64,000 nucleotides of DNA, taken from Candidatus Yonathbacteria bacterium (GTDB lineage Bacteria; Patescibacteriota; Minisyncoccia; Phycocordibacterales; UBA1550). Numbering within the stretch: the first letter of the stretch is position 1; every line of letters starts with the position of its first letter. Location: positions 24,280-88,279 of the forward strand of contig DMXP01000006.1 in the NCBI GenBank assembly GCA_003483855.1, read 5' to 3'. Shown one piece after another: positions 1 through 9,027 of this stretch. The position numbers and the translations under genes are program-made. The notes under the pieces were generated by a model. The model was not told the origin of the DNA. It worked only from the letters and a program-made list of their open reading frames with translations, and did not search any database.

Positions 1-552
1 CCTGTCCACGATAGCAATAAGGTTGTGAAGTTTTTCACGACCAGCAAGCATCGCTGCTTCCCAAATTTGCCCTTCGTTCAATTCTCCATCACCTAGAAAA
101 CAGTACACTGTTCTATTTGAATTCTGCCCGCGGTCAAGACGGTCTGCAAGCGCCATTCCAACAGCTTGCGAAAGACCCTGCCCGAGTGGGCCAGAACTCG
201 TTTCAAGCATCGGCAAATATTCACGATGTGGGTGCCCCTGCAGGCGCGTGCCAAACTTGCGAAGTGTTTTTAATTCTTCTACAGGGAAATATCCTGAATG
301 CGCCATCACTGCGTAAAGCACGGGGCAAATGTGTCCGTTTGAAAGCACCACGCGGTCGCGTTCATCCCATGTGGGATTCTTTGGGTCATGTTTCAAAATA
401 TGAAAATAAAACGCAGTAAAAATGTCTGTCATCCCGAGAGGCCCTGCTGTGTGCCCCGACTTTGCTTCCACAAGCGCCTCAATAATAGACTTGCGAACCT
501 CAAGAGCCTTCTCTTCTAGAAATTTTATTTTGTCGTCGTGGAGGTGAGTCAT
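1..552 (-). CDS. Transketolase N-terminal (TPP-binding) subunit, runs off the window edge
   Basis: Not in the ORF track. Manual translation from ATG at 552: MTHLHDDKIKFLEEKALEVRKSIIEALVEAKSGHTAGPLG...LSNGH...LQGHP...SGPLGQG...GDGELNEGQIWEA, containing the TPP motif. Downstream of gap-rpiB-rpe. Confidence 0.93.
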   Translation of the reverse strand, partial: MTHLHDDKIKFLEEKALEVRKSIIEALVEAKSGHTAGPLGMTDIFTAFYFHILKHDPKNPTWDERDRVVLSNGHICPVLYAVMAHSGYFPVEELKTLRKFGTRLQGHPHREYLPMLETSSGPLGQGLSQAVGMALADRLDRGQNSNRTVYCFLGDGELNEGQIWEAAMLAGREKLHNLIAIVDR

Positions 553-560
553 GGGGGTGC

Positions 561-609
561 AGGTGTTAGGTTTTAGGTTGTAGGTTGTAGGTTTTAGGTT
601 GTAGGTTGT
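561..609. repeat. Heptamer tandem repeat (AGGTTGT/AGGTTTT) x7
   Basis: aggtgtt aggtttt aggttgt aggttgt aggtttt aggttgt aggttgt read directly. Confidence 0.95.
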
Positions 610-683
610 AGTAAATTCACCGAGCATAACTTTTCTTTAATGGCATCGCAAACCTGTTGAATGTAGAGTGTGTCGCTTTTCAT
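610..683 (-). pseudogene. Truncated HepT/DUF86 (HEPN) toxin remnant
   Basis: ATG at 683 overlaps the MNT stop. MKSDTLYIQQVCDAIKE resembles DUF86 N-termini, then the frame runs into the heptamer repeat and stops. Confidence 0.55.
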
Positions 684-967
684 AATTCGTAAATTGGACG
701 AAGGTCAGATGTAATATATGACTTGAGGTACGGACTCACGCTCGACTCGGTTACAACATCAACGTCTCTTCCTAGGGAGAGGGCGAGCGCATCGCGAAAT
801 TGTATATACTGCACTAGGTCCATCTTGGTACCAAGCTTTACAAGAATATCAATATCACTTTCTGGAGTACCTTCTCCGCGCGAGACCGAACCAAATACAG
901 ACGCGCGGGCAATACCATAACGCTTGAATACTGGGGTCGCCTTCATTTTTATTTCCTGCAATTCCAT
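680..967 (-). CDS. Minimal nucleotidyltransferase (MntA-type antitoxin)
   Basis: FGSVSRGE...SDIDILV and GRDVDVVT motifs, 95 aa. Confidence 0.9.
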   Translation of the reverse strand: MELQEIKMKATPVFKRYGIARASVFGSVSRGEGTPESDIDILVKLGTKMDLVQYIQFRDALALSLGRDVDVVTESSVSPYLKSYITSDLRPIYEL

Positions 968-983
968 ATATAGTATTACATAA

Positions 984-1262
984 TTACATCAATACACCAA
1001 TGATCTTTCCTATTAAAAATACCACGAAGAAGCCCGTGAACGCCCCATAATAACCATATGTTCTAAACTCTTTTTTAAGAGTAAGTGCTGGTCCAAAAAA
1101 TAAAATAGGCATAAGTATAAACAAAAAAATGAGGACTCCCCATATGATAGTCTCATATGAAAGGTCTTCACCTGGATTAGAGATACGGACTACCAAGGAT
1201 AGAGCCCCCAAAGCAACAATTGGACTAAAAAAACAGACTAAAAAGGCTTTTATCTTTGTCAT
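984..1262 (-). CDS. Hypothetical membrane protein (about 3 TM)
   Basis: Three hydrophobic segments, fits the operon on the - strand. Confidence 0.7.
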   Translation of the reverse strand: MTKIKAFLVCFFSPIVALGALSLVVRISNPGEDLSYETIIWGVLIFLFILMPILFFGPALTLKKEFRTYGYYGAFTGFFVVFLIGKIIGVLM

Positions 1263-1266
1263 ATAA

Positions 1267-1938
1267 TTATTGTACCAAATTCTCTAACTTCGCGATAGCG
1301 CCAACGAAGTCATCTGCGTCTAAAATCGCCGAACCAGACACAAGTCGCGTTGCTCCTGCCTCTACGAGCGAGAGCGCGGTGTCAAAGTTTACCGAGCCAT
1401 CAATACTAATATGCAATTCAGGATGTTTCGCGCGGAGCGCACGCACATTTTCAAGTACTCGCTCGTCAAACGCTTCCCCTTGGAAGCCAATGCGCGCTAT
1501 ACCCATGCACTGCACAAAATCAATCCTCTCTATGTATGGCTCAATCGCTGAAAGAGGTGTCGTTGTGTTTATGGCAAGCCCGAGTTCTATTAATCCAACA
1601 GGAACCGACGCGCGAATTTTTTCAAAATCAACCATTGATTCCACGTGCACAATAATCCTTCTCACGCCTGCGCTCACCCACCTTGGAACCGCAAGCTCGG
1701 GATTTTCTATCATCAAGTCTACTTCAAAATCAATTTCCTCCCAGCGAGGCATTCCCTCTTCTTCGGCGGCAATTGCGTCAAAGTGCGCATCACGCGGATA
1801 CGGCCATGTGCGTGCCGGCACAAACTTGCCGTCCATAATGTCCAACTGTACAAACGGCACAACGCCAACAAAAAAACTCATCTTTTCATCCAAGTCTTCG
1901 TAGTCTCTAGGCATTATCGCGGGAATAATTTCTACCAT
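1267..1938 (-). CDS. rpe: Ribulose-phosphate 3-epimerase
   Basis: DIMDGKFVP, GFQGEAF, IDGSVN, VSGSAI motifs. Confidence 0.93.
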   Translation of the reverse strand: MVEIIPAIMPRDYEDLDEKMSFFVGVVPFVQLDIMDGKFVPARTWPYPRDAHFDAIAAEEEGMPRWEEIDFEVDLMIENPELAVPRWVSAGVRRIIVHVESMVDFEKIRASVPVGLIELGLAINTTTPLSAIEPYIERIDFVQCMGIARIGFQGEAFDERVLENVRALRAKHPELHISIDGSVNFDTALSLVEAGATRLVSGSAILDADDFVGAIAKLENLVQ

Positions 1939-1941
1939 AGC

Positions 1942-2382
1942 TTATTTGTCCAACTTTTGAATTCTTCGCGAGTGCCTTTCATCTCCGCTAAATGGCGTTT
2001 CCAGCCACACACGCACAACCTCTCTTGCTTCGTCCTCATCCACAAACCGCGCGCCGAGAGAAAGAATGTTCGCGTCATTGTGCTCGCGCGAAAGCACGGC
2101 AACATCAAACGGCCCGCCGTAGTATACAGCGGCGCGCGCGCCCTTCACCCTGTTTGCGCACATCGCTTCTCCTTGTCCAGAACCACCGAGAATAATCCCG
2201 CGAGACTCTGGGTCTTTAGCCACTGCCTCCGCTACAAGACGAATAAAATCTGGATAGTCATCTAGCGCTTCAATCTTATGCGCGCCAAAATCCTCTATAT
2301 CGTGCCCATGCGCGCGCAAAAACGGAAGGAGATTTTCCTTTAGCTCAAAACCTGCGTGATCGGTACCGATGTAGATGCGCAT
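1942..2382 (-). CDS. rpiB: Ribose-5-phosphate isomerase B
   Basis: DHAGFELK, DDYPD, GSGQG, HNDANIL, RHSRRI. Confidence 0.96.
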   Translation of the reverse strand: MRIYIGTDHAGFELKENLLPFLRAHGHDIEDFGAHKIEALDDYPDFIRLVAEAVAKDPESRGIILGGSGQGEAMCANRVKGARAAVYYGGPFDVAVLSREHNDANILSLGARFVDEDEAREVVRVWLETPFSGDERHSRRIQKLDK

Positions 2383-2409
2383 AATGTTAAATGATAAATT
2401 TTAAATTTT

Positions 2410-3444
2410 CTAAAGGTATTCTGCCACCTTAACAACATGCTGTACGAGTGTATTCGTGTATCCCATTTCGTTGTCATACCACGCCATTACTTTTACAAGG
2501 TTGCCGTCTACCACGCGCGTGAGGTCAAGGTCCGCGATAGAACCATAGAGCTCACCAACGATATCCGAGGACACAATCGGCTCCTCGCTTACTTTAAAAA
2601 TCCCAGCCCAGCGAGGATCACGCGCAGCGTCACGAAGAATTTGATTTACTTCCTCAACACTCGTATTCCTTTTTGCTATGAATGTTACATCGGCGATAGA
2701 ACCCGCAATCACCGGCACACGAATAGAGATACCGTCAAACTTTCCTTTCAAATCTTTTACAACTTCTGTGACAGAAATAGCCGCGCCAGTTGAAGCAGGT
2801 ACCATATTTGCGGCACCTGCGCGTCCACCGCGAAGGTCTTTGCCTCCTGGACCATCCACAATCTTCTGTGTGCCTGTGTACGCGTGCGTAGTGTTCAAAA
2901 TTGCTTTTTCAATACCAATCGTTTCGTTCAAAATACAAACCACAGGACTTGCCGCATTCGTGGTACACGAAGCATTTGAAGAAATTTTTGCATTTGCTAA
3001 TTCGCCATCGTTGATGCCCATTAGCGCGGTAACACAGGGAACTTCCGGGAGAGACTCGCCTTTCATTGGCGCAGTAATAACTACGCGCTTCGCACCTTGG
3101 TCTAAATGAACCTTTGCGCTTTCTGTGCTTGTATAAAATCCAGTAGACTCAACCACGATATCAATATTGTATTTTGCCCACGGGAGATTGGTTGGTTCTT
3201 TCTCTTGAACGAGCGCAACTTTTTCACCTCCCACAATAAATCCAGGCTCATCGCCACCAACAACCTCCACCTCAAAGTCTGCCTTGCCGTAAGCAGTGTC
3301 ATATTTCAAAAGGTACGCCATATTTGATGGGTCACCGAGGTCGTTCACCACCACAATCTCAAACTCTGGGCGTGTGCGCGCCAATTTATAAAATGCGCGT
3401 CCAATGCGCCCAAACCCGTTAATCGCTACTCGTACTTTTGCCAT
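2410..3444 (-). CDS. gap: Glyceraldehyde-3-phosphate dehydrogenase (type I)
   Basis: INGFGRIGR, NASCTTN, WYDNE. Confidence 0.98.
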   Translation of the reverse strand: MAKVRVAINGFGRIGRAFYKLARTRPEFEIVVVNDLGDPSNMAYLLKYDTAYGKADFEVEVVGGDEPGFIVGGEKVALVQEKEPTNLPWAKYNIDIVVESTGFYTSTESAKVHLDQGAKRVVITAPMKGESLPEVPCVTALMGINDGELANAKISSNASCTTNAASPVVCILNETIGIEKAILNTTHAYTGTQKIVDGPGGKDLRGGRAGAANMVPASTGAAISVTEVVKDLKGKFDGISIRVPVIAGSIADVTFIAKRNTSVEEVNQILRDAARDPRWAGIFKVSEEPIVSSDIVGELYGSIADLDLTRVVDGNLVKVMAWYDNEMGYTNTLVQHVVKVAEYL

Positions 3445-3539
3445 GGTTGATTTTCTTTGAGCGAAGCGAAGTTGAAAATCACCACCCGGTTAAATGACTT
3501 TTTATTAAAAGTCCCTGCTTTGCAGGATTTAACTGGGTA
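3445..3539 (-). repeat. Dispersed structured element, copy 1 (gap leader)
   Basis: The 57-bp core at 3483-3539 is 55/57 identical to 7078-7134. Similar ATG-proximal hairpin TTGATTTTC...GAAAATCA. Confidence 0.9.
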
Positions 3540-3607
3540 GACGACCCAACTTCGTACCACTCGTTATTTTAATGATTAAAACTATACTGTTATTTTACCA
3601 TACAGAA

Positions 3608-3639
3608 CTAAAAAGGCACACATTTGTGTGCTTTTTTAG
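3608..3639 (-). terminator. Intrinsic terminator after gatB
   Basis: aaaaaggcacac-attt-gtgtgctttttt. Confidence 0.75.
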
Positions 3640-5051
3640 TTCAATGCCTCCTCAAACAGCGTTTTGAGCATTGCGGGGTTCCCGCTTCCTTTTGAAGCCT
3701 TCATACCCTGTCCGATGAAAAATTGTAGGAGCGCTGTTTTGCCTGATTTATAGTCGGCAACAACAGTTGGATTTGCTTCAATAATTTCTGCGACCATTTT
3801 TTTGAGCGCCTCAATATCATTTTTCTGAATGAGGCCGTGCTTCTTTGCAATTTCGTGTGGATGTCCACCTTCTGCATACAAAATCGCGAGTGTGTCTTTT
3901 GCTCCACGTGAAGATAGGTCCCCATCTTTAATCATTGTCACGAGGTCGGCAAGTGACTTACCTGTTACTCCACCAATTGACTCAGAACCTTTCATAAGTC
4001 CAACGAGGTCTGATGTAACATAGTTTTCAATAAGCGCAATTGAAGGGCGGTCAACACCGATTGCAGCAATCGCATCTTCAAAAAGCCCGCCAAGTGTTTT
4101 ATCTGCCGTAAACACTTCTGCGTTCTCTGGCTTCACGCCATACTCACGCACGAGGCGCGCGCGCTTCTCCCATGGGAGTTCGGGCATCATCGCCTGTAAA
4201 TTTTCGATTGAAAATTCTGAAATCTCTGAAATTTTTAATTTTGGCAAATCGGGATCAGGGAAATAGCGGTAATCGTGAGCGCTTTCTTTTTTGCGCTGTG
4301 AAAATGTCTTCTGCCCACCTTCATCCCATCCGCGGGTTTCCTGCACAATCTCCCCAGGCCCGCCATCCAAAATTTTTGTCATACGCTCCACCTCGTACGC
4401 AATCGCTCTCTCCACCGAGCGAAACGAGTTTAAATTTTTCACCTCAACTTTCGTGCCAAGCTTGTCTGTCTTTGATATTGAAATATTTGCCTCCACACGC
4501 ATCTCTCCCTTTTCCATATTCGCATCAGATACGCCGAGCGTGCGGAGAAGAAGCTGGAGCTCGCGCGCAAAAGCGCCAGCTTCTTCGGCAGTATGAATCA
4601 CTGGCTTCGTCACGAGCTCCATCAGAGGCACGCCTGCGCGATTGTAATCCACAAGACTTCCTTCACTCCCTTCGTGCGATGAGCTCGCTGTGTCTTCCTC
4701 CAAATGCACACGCTCAATAGCGATGCCATTTAGCATTCCATTTGAAACAAGCGGATATTTGTACTGACTAATTTGATAGCCCTTTGGAATGTCTGGGTAA
4801 AAATAGTTCTTGCGGTCAAACTCGGTAAAGTCTGCGAGGTCGCTCCCAAGCGCCGTGCCTACACGAAGCACGTGATGCACCGCCTGCTTGTTAATCACAG
4901 GCAAAGTCCCCGGGTGCGCCATGCACACAGGGCAAATATTCACATTCGGCTCCGCATTAAACGGGTCATTTGCCGAATTGCAGAACATCTTTGTCTTAGT
5001 TTTTAGCTCGGCGTGAACCTCCAAGCCGACCGTTAGTTTGTATTCACTCAT
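3636..5051 (-). CDS. gatB: Asp/Glu-tRNA amidotransferase subunit B
   Basis: GLEVHAEL, FDRKNYFYPD, YRYFPDPDLP. Confidence 0.98.
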   Translation of the reverse strand: MSEYKLTVGLEVHAELKTKTKMFCNSANDPFNAEPNVNICPVCMAHPGTLPVINKQAVHHVLRVGTALGSDLADFTEFDRKNYFYPDIPKGYQISQYKYPLVSNGMLNGIAIERVHLEEDTASSSHEGSEGSLVDYNRAGVPLMELVTKPVIHTAEEAGAFARELQLLLRTLGVSDANMEKGEMRVEANISISKTDKLGTKVEVKNLNSFRSVERAIAYEVERMTKILDGGPGEIVQETRGWDEGGQKTFSQRKKESAHDYRYFPDPDLPKLKISEISEFSIENLQAMMPELPWEKRARLVREYGVKPENAEVFTADKTLGGLFEDAIAAIGVDRPSIALIENYVTSDLVGLMKGSESIGGVTGKSLADLVTMIKDGDLSSRGAKDTLAILYAEGGHPHEIAKKHGLIQKNDIEALKKMVAEIIEANPTVVADYKSGKTALLQFFIGQGMKASKGSGNPAMLKTLFEEALN

Positions 5052-5062
5052 ATTTTAATATT

Positions 5063-5293
5063 TTATTTCAACCAAAGATTTTGCGGAATACCAGATTGCG
5101 CAATAACTGATTTTAGTGTTCTGGGGTGAATCGATTTTTGCCCGTGATATTGAATATGCGTCTGTCTCACCTTTCCGCCATACGAACCAATGTAGTAAAA
5201 GTGGCTTCCGTGTGTATGAGAATGTTGAAATCCATACTCTTTTAAAAAATCGACTACGCCCTTAAATGTCCAGTTGTTGAGTCCGCGAGGCAT
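5063..5293 (-). CDS. HicA-family toxin
   Basis: 76 aa with GF...HGSH motif and C-terminal TLKSVIAQSGI. Confidence 0.85.
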   Translation of the reverse strand: MPRGLNNWTFKGVVDFLKEYGFQHSHTHGSHFYYIGSYGGKVRQTHIQYHGQKSIHPRTLKSVIAQSGIPQNLWLK

Positions 5294-5299
5294 AGTTTC

Positions 5300-5638
5300 T
5301 TACGCAAATGCGAGATTAAATTTACCAGAACTTAGAACGTATGGGGATTTTGTCGAGCGTGTATTGCTTCTCTTGACATCACTTGCCTGCGCGCTCTCCC
5401 ACATTTTTTCATACTCAGAGTCAACCGTTTGATTGAGCACGTGGGGGCGCAATTTAGACTTACGCGCGGAGCCGAGGTAGCCAACGATAGCTTCATTTAG
5501 AAGGACGATGGCTTCAATCTGTGATGCACCCTCAACAACGACATTAAACTCAAGCGCCACCGCAAAAAAAGTATCTTTTTCCTTGAATACCACGTATCGC
5601 ACCGACCCTTTTTGTAGAGTATTTTTGAAAGATTTCAT
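5300..5638 (-). CDS. HicB-like antitoxin (start revised to 5638)
   Basis: YVVFKEKDTFFAVALEFNVVVEGAS..EA..LLNEAI, the HicB RNase-H-like pattern; adjacent to hicA. Confidence 0.75.
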   Translation of the reverse strand: MKSFKNTLQKGSVRYVVFKEKDTFFAVALEFNVVVEGASQIEAIVLLNEAIVGYLGSARKSKLRPHVLNQTVDSEYEKMWESAQASDVKRSNTRSTKSPYVLSSGKFNLAFA

Positions 5639-5674
5639 ATGTTCATAATACCCTAGCGTGGGCACAAAGACAAC

Positions 5675-5741
5675 TTCAATATCTTCGTACTGTACTGTCA
5701 CCTAACCCCAAATTTTTCAATACCTTCGTACTGCACTGTCA
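5675..5741. repeat. 26-bp direct repeat pair upstream of hicB
   Basis: ttcaatatcttcgtactgtactgtca (5675-5700) vs ttcaataccttcgtactgcactgtca (5716-5741), 24/26. Confidence 0.9.
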
Positions 5742-5757
5742 ATAATATTCATCAACT

Positions 5758-6012
5758 TTACTTAAAATTTTTAGCTTTTTCATCCCACGCCTTTTTTTCT
5801 TTTTCCTGTTTCTCAGCGACTTCTTTGAGACGAATATCCTCATCAGTTTTTGGTACTTCACCTCCAAAAAAATACATGAACCCTCCAGCGATAATAACCC
5901 AAAGCCACCAAAGGAAAGGGAAAGTTACCACGAGCCCCCAGATTAAAACCCCACAGATTAGTAATACACCAATAGTACGCATATTATTTTTTAACACTTC
6001 CTTTATCATCAT
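5758..6012 (-). CDS. Hypothetical membrane protein
   Basis: Two TM segments and a charged C-terminus. Confidence 0.7.
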   Translation of the reverse strand: MMIKEVLKNNMRTIGVLLICGVLIWGLVVTFPFLWWLWVIIAGGFMYFFGGEVPKTDEDIRLKEVAEKQEKEKKAWDEKAKNFK

Positions 6013-6055
6013 TCATAGTTTCATTATAAACTACTTTACCCTAAAATCCACTAAA

Positions 6056-7036
6056 TCACACCACCTTCTTCAAAAGTTTCAAAAGTTCGTCTTGAAATAC
6101 TTTCATACATTTGTCGTCCAAAATCGTGATAGTAAACACTTCCGAATGTGGATAGGTTTTCTTCATTGCTACTTCCACTTCATTCACGTGCTCTGGAGTT
6201 ACCATATCTGTTTTGGTGAGAATAATTATCTCGTGCTTTGAAGCCAAGTCTTTATCAAATGCTTCAAGCTCTTTGCGTACAGTTTCGTACACTGCGAGTG
6301 GGTCTTCGTTTTCAAGCGACACCAAATGCGCGAGCATTTTGGTGCGCTTCACATGACGGAGGAATTTATGTCCAAGCCCTTTTCCTTCTGATGCGCCTTC
6401 AATGAGCCCTGGGATATCCGCAATGATAAATCCAAAACAATCGCCCAAGTTTGGCTCAAGTGTGGTGAACGCATAGTCAGCAGTCTTTGCGCTCGCGCGT
6501 GTGAGCGCGTTCAAAAGCGAAGATTTGCCCGCGTTTGGCAAACCCACGAGCCCTATGTCCGCAACAATCTGAAGCTCAACTTTGAAATCTGCTTCTTGCC
6601 CTTTCATTCCAGGCACGTGCTCTTTTGGTGTGCGATTGGTTGATGTCTTAAAATGCTCGTTGCCAAATCCTCCACGCCCTCCTTTTAATACCAAAATCTG
6701 CTGACCTTCATCTAGAAGCTGATACTCAGATCCAGTATCAAGATTCGTCACAATAGAACCAATAGGCAAATCCAAAATAAAATCATCGCCGTTTCTGCCG
6801 TGCAAACTGTCATTGCCACCGTCGCCTGCGCGCTCCGCGAAGAAATCTTTTTGATGGCGATACTTCACAAGGATATGCACGTCGCGAACAGCGCGGATAA
6901 TCATATCTCCGCCCTTTCCACCGTCACCGCCAGAAGGACCAGCAAATTCTTTGCCTTTCTCATGCTTAAGACGCATAACGCCGTTTCCGCCGTCGCCCGC
7001 CTTCATATGCATCGTCATTTCATCTATAAATGCCAT
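6056..7036 (-). CDS. obgE: GTPase ObgE/CgtA
   Basis: Gly-rich Obg domain, GLPNAGKSS, DIPGLIEGA, TKTD. Confidence 0.98.
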   Translation of the reverse strand: MAFIDEMTMHMKAGDGGNGVMRLKHEKGKEFAGPSGGDGGKGGDMIIRAVRDVHILVKYRHQKDFFAERAGDGGNDSLHGRNGDDFILDLPIGSIVTNLDTGSEYQLLDEGQQILVLKGGRGGFGNEHFKTSTNRTPKEHVPGMKGQEADFKVELQIVADIGLVGLPNAGKSSLLNALTRASAKTADYAFTTLEPNLGDCFGFIIADIPGLIEGASEGKGLGHKFLRHVKRTKMLAHLVSLENEDPLAVYETVRKELEAFDKDLASKHEIIILTKTDMVTPEHVNEVEVAMKKTYPHSEVFTITILDDKCMKVFQDELLKLLKKVV

Positions 7037-7134
7037 GATTGATTTTCTTAATGAGCTTGCGAATTTAGAAAATCAATCACCCAGTTAAATGACTTTTTAC
7101 TAAAAGTCCCTGCTTTGCAGGATTTAACTGGGTA
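7037..7134 (-). repeat. Dispersed structured element, copy 2 (obgE leader)
   Basis: Matches 3445-3539. Confidence 0.9.
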
Positions 7135-7194
7135 AGGTAACTGATTCAATGTCACTTCACTCACTATGTTACTTTGACTATATCACAAAAATTA

Positions 7195-8094
7195 CTAGGC
7201 GTCCACTGCGAGTTTTGCGAGCGCAAGCGCGCCGTCTTTTGATCCCGCTACAGCTATAAAAAGTTTATTGTGGCAAAAGAGAGCGTCTGGTACTCCGGAA
7301 ATTTCTGCAAGCTCATCACCTGTCTTCCCTGCCCACGCGCTCGGTAGATTTTTTCTATTTTTAAATGAATGCACGTCGCTTCGCACCGCTTCTATTTTCC
7401 ACTTGCCCATATTTCCGCGATCCGGCTTCACAACAAAAAGCGGTTCTGATTTTGTGCCGAGAGCTTCGTACCATGGATAATGGTCTTCTAAAATAATAAT
7501 GCGTTTGTCATCTGCTTTTTCGTATGCTTCCTCAGCGTATCGCTTTCCTTCCTCTTCGGTGCGAGCACGCACGATTTCGCGCTCAAGAATTTTCACCGCA
7601 AAAGGAACCGCCTCAGAAAATCCTTCGTCCTCTGTGCGAGCTTCATTCCACCCAGGGCGAAAAGCAGATATCACGTCTTGAAGAATGTACGGCGCGACTT
7701 CTCCACGCACACCAAAAGTTTCAAAACCATTGTCTCCAGCGTCTACTGGTTGCGCAACTCGCTCATCAATCACACGCGCGACGTACGCCGATCCAGATAT
7801 TTTTTCTCCAAACTCTTTCCATACCAAGCCAAAAGAAGAATACGGGATTCCATTTGGGCGCACTCCTGATCCACCCTCCTGGTGATGGTCAAAACGTCCG
7901 CGCGCGTGGTCGTACTCACCGCCAACATCCACCACATAGTCGCCCGTTGCCCAAATATCGGGTTCGCGACTGCGAATAACCTCAATATTTCCATCATTCA
8001 AAAGAGAAAGCACTGCGCAGGCAAAAACCTCATCCGTGTGAAAGTTTCCGCTATGCGTTATTATTTTCAAGTTTTTTTCGTTCGTGTCGTTCAT
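7195..8094 (-). CDS. MYG1 family protein (DHH-like exonuclease)
   Basis: THSGNFHTDE, VDVGGEYD, FDHHQ, FCH. Confidence 0.93.
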   Translation of the reverse strand: MNDTNEKNLKIITHSGNFHTDEVFACAVLSLLNDGNIEVIRSREPDIWATGDYVVDVGGEYDHARGRFDHHQEGGSGVRPNGIPYSSFGLVWKEFGEKISGSAYVARVIDERVAQPVDAGDNGFETFGVRGEVAPYILQDVISAFRPGWNEARTEDEGFSEAVPFAVKILEREIVRARTEEEGKRYAEEAYEKADDKRIIILEDHYPWYEALGTKSEPLFVVKPDRGNMGKWKIEAVRSDVHSFKNRKNLPSAWAGKTGDELAEISGVPDALFCHNKLFIAVAGSKDGALALAKLAVDA

Positions 8095-8668
8095 ACTGAT
8101 GCGTAATTAGTCTCTGAACCAAAATGAATGCTAGCATAAAAAGTAACGCCATCAAAGCAAACTCTCCAATCTTGCGCGTTGTGCTGATGGCCGCATACCC
8201 AAAAAAGTACCCGACCCCAAAGTACAAAAGAACCCAACCTATAGACGCAAGAAATTCCGCTTTAAAAAAAAGCTTGAATGGGATATGCAGGACTCCAGAC
8301 ATAATAACAGTCGCGCGATTTGCGCCGTAAATAAATTTTGAAAAGAAAATAGATTTAAACGGGTTTGCGCGAAACTCGGGTAAAAAGAATATCATTATCC
8401 TTTCTGCTCTTTTTAGTATTCTCCTTGTGAGTCTAGCATCCTTGAGTTTCGCGCCGAGGTTGTACCACATCACATTTCCCAAAACCACACCAACGAGCGA
8501 AACCAAGAGAACATCCTTTCCGTCAAAAGCTTCCAAGGATACTAGCATCCCAGCAACAATCAAAAATACTTCACCCTCAAGGACCATCGCGATAAATAAA
8601 ATCACGTATCCAAAAATACGGTGATCCTGCACAAGCTGAACAAATACATCAATAGACTGCTCTAACAT
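8051..8668 (-). CDS. DedA family membrane protein
   Basis: LEGE..LIVAG, G..LG...WY.LG pattern. Confidence 0.85.
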   Translation of the reverse strand: MLEQSIDVFVQLVQDHRIFGYVILFIAMVLEGEVFLIVAGMLVSLEAFDGKDVLLVSLVGVVLGNVMWYNLGAKLKDARLTRRILKRAERIMIFFLPEFRANPFKSIFFSKFIYGANRATVIMSGVLHIPFKLFFKAEFLASIGWVLLYFGVGYFFGYAAISTTRKIGEFALMALLFMLAFILVQRLITHQYERHERKKLENNNA

Positions 8669-8670
8669 AA

Positions 8671-9018
8671 CTATTTATCTGAAAACAACTTATCAACAAT
8701 AAACGCTGTCGCTGAAACAACGAGAGAGCCTAGAAGCGCTGGAACAAAACCAGCGACATAAAATCCCTTCACGAATGAACCGACCCACCAAAAAAGTCCC
8801 GCGTTTACAACAAAAGAAAAGAGTCCGAGCGTGATGAGTGTAATCGGAAACGCGATAAGCAAAATAATTGGTCGCACTACTGCGTTTAAAATACCGAAAA
8901 AAGCCGCCACGAGCATCGCTGTGCCAAACGCATCCGATGCTATTTCTATTCCCGGCACGAATGAAGGGAGAGCCAAAATCACCAACGCCACTACAACCAA
9001 CTTTGTGATGAATTTCAT
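8671..9018 (-). CDS. 4-TM phage-holin-like (YvlD) family membrane protein
   Basis: LNAVVRPI...PITLITLGLFSFVVNA. Confidence 0.88.
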   Translation of the reverse strand: MKFITKLVVVALVILALPSFVPGIEIASDAFGTAMLVAAFFGILNAVVRPIILLIAFPITLITLGLFSFVVNAGLFWWVGSFVKGFYVAGFVPALLGSLVVSATAFIVDKLFSDK

Positions 9019-9027
9019 AACTATAGT

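Noticed and set aside
8671-9018. Prophage, suggested by the holin-like gene
   Set aside because: The YvlD family is chromosomal and no phage genes are nearby.
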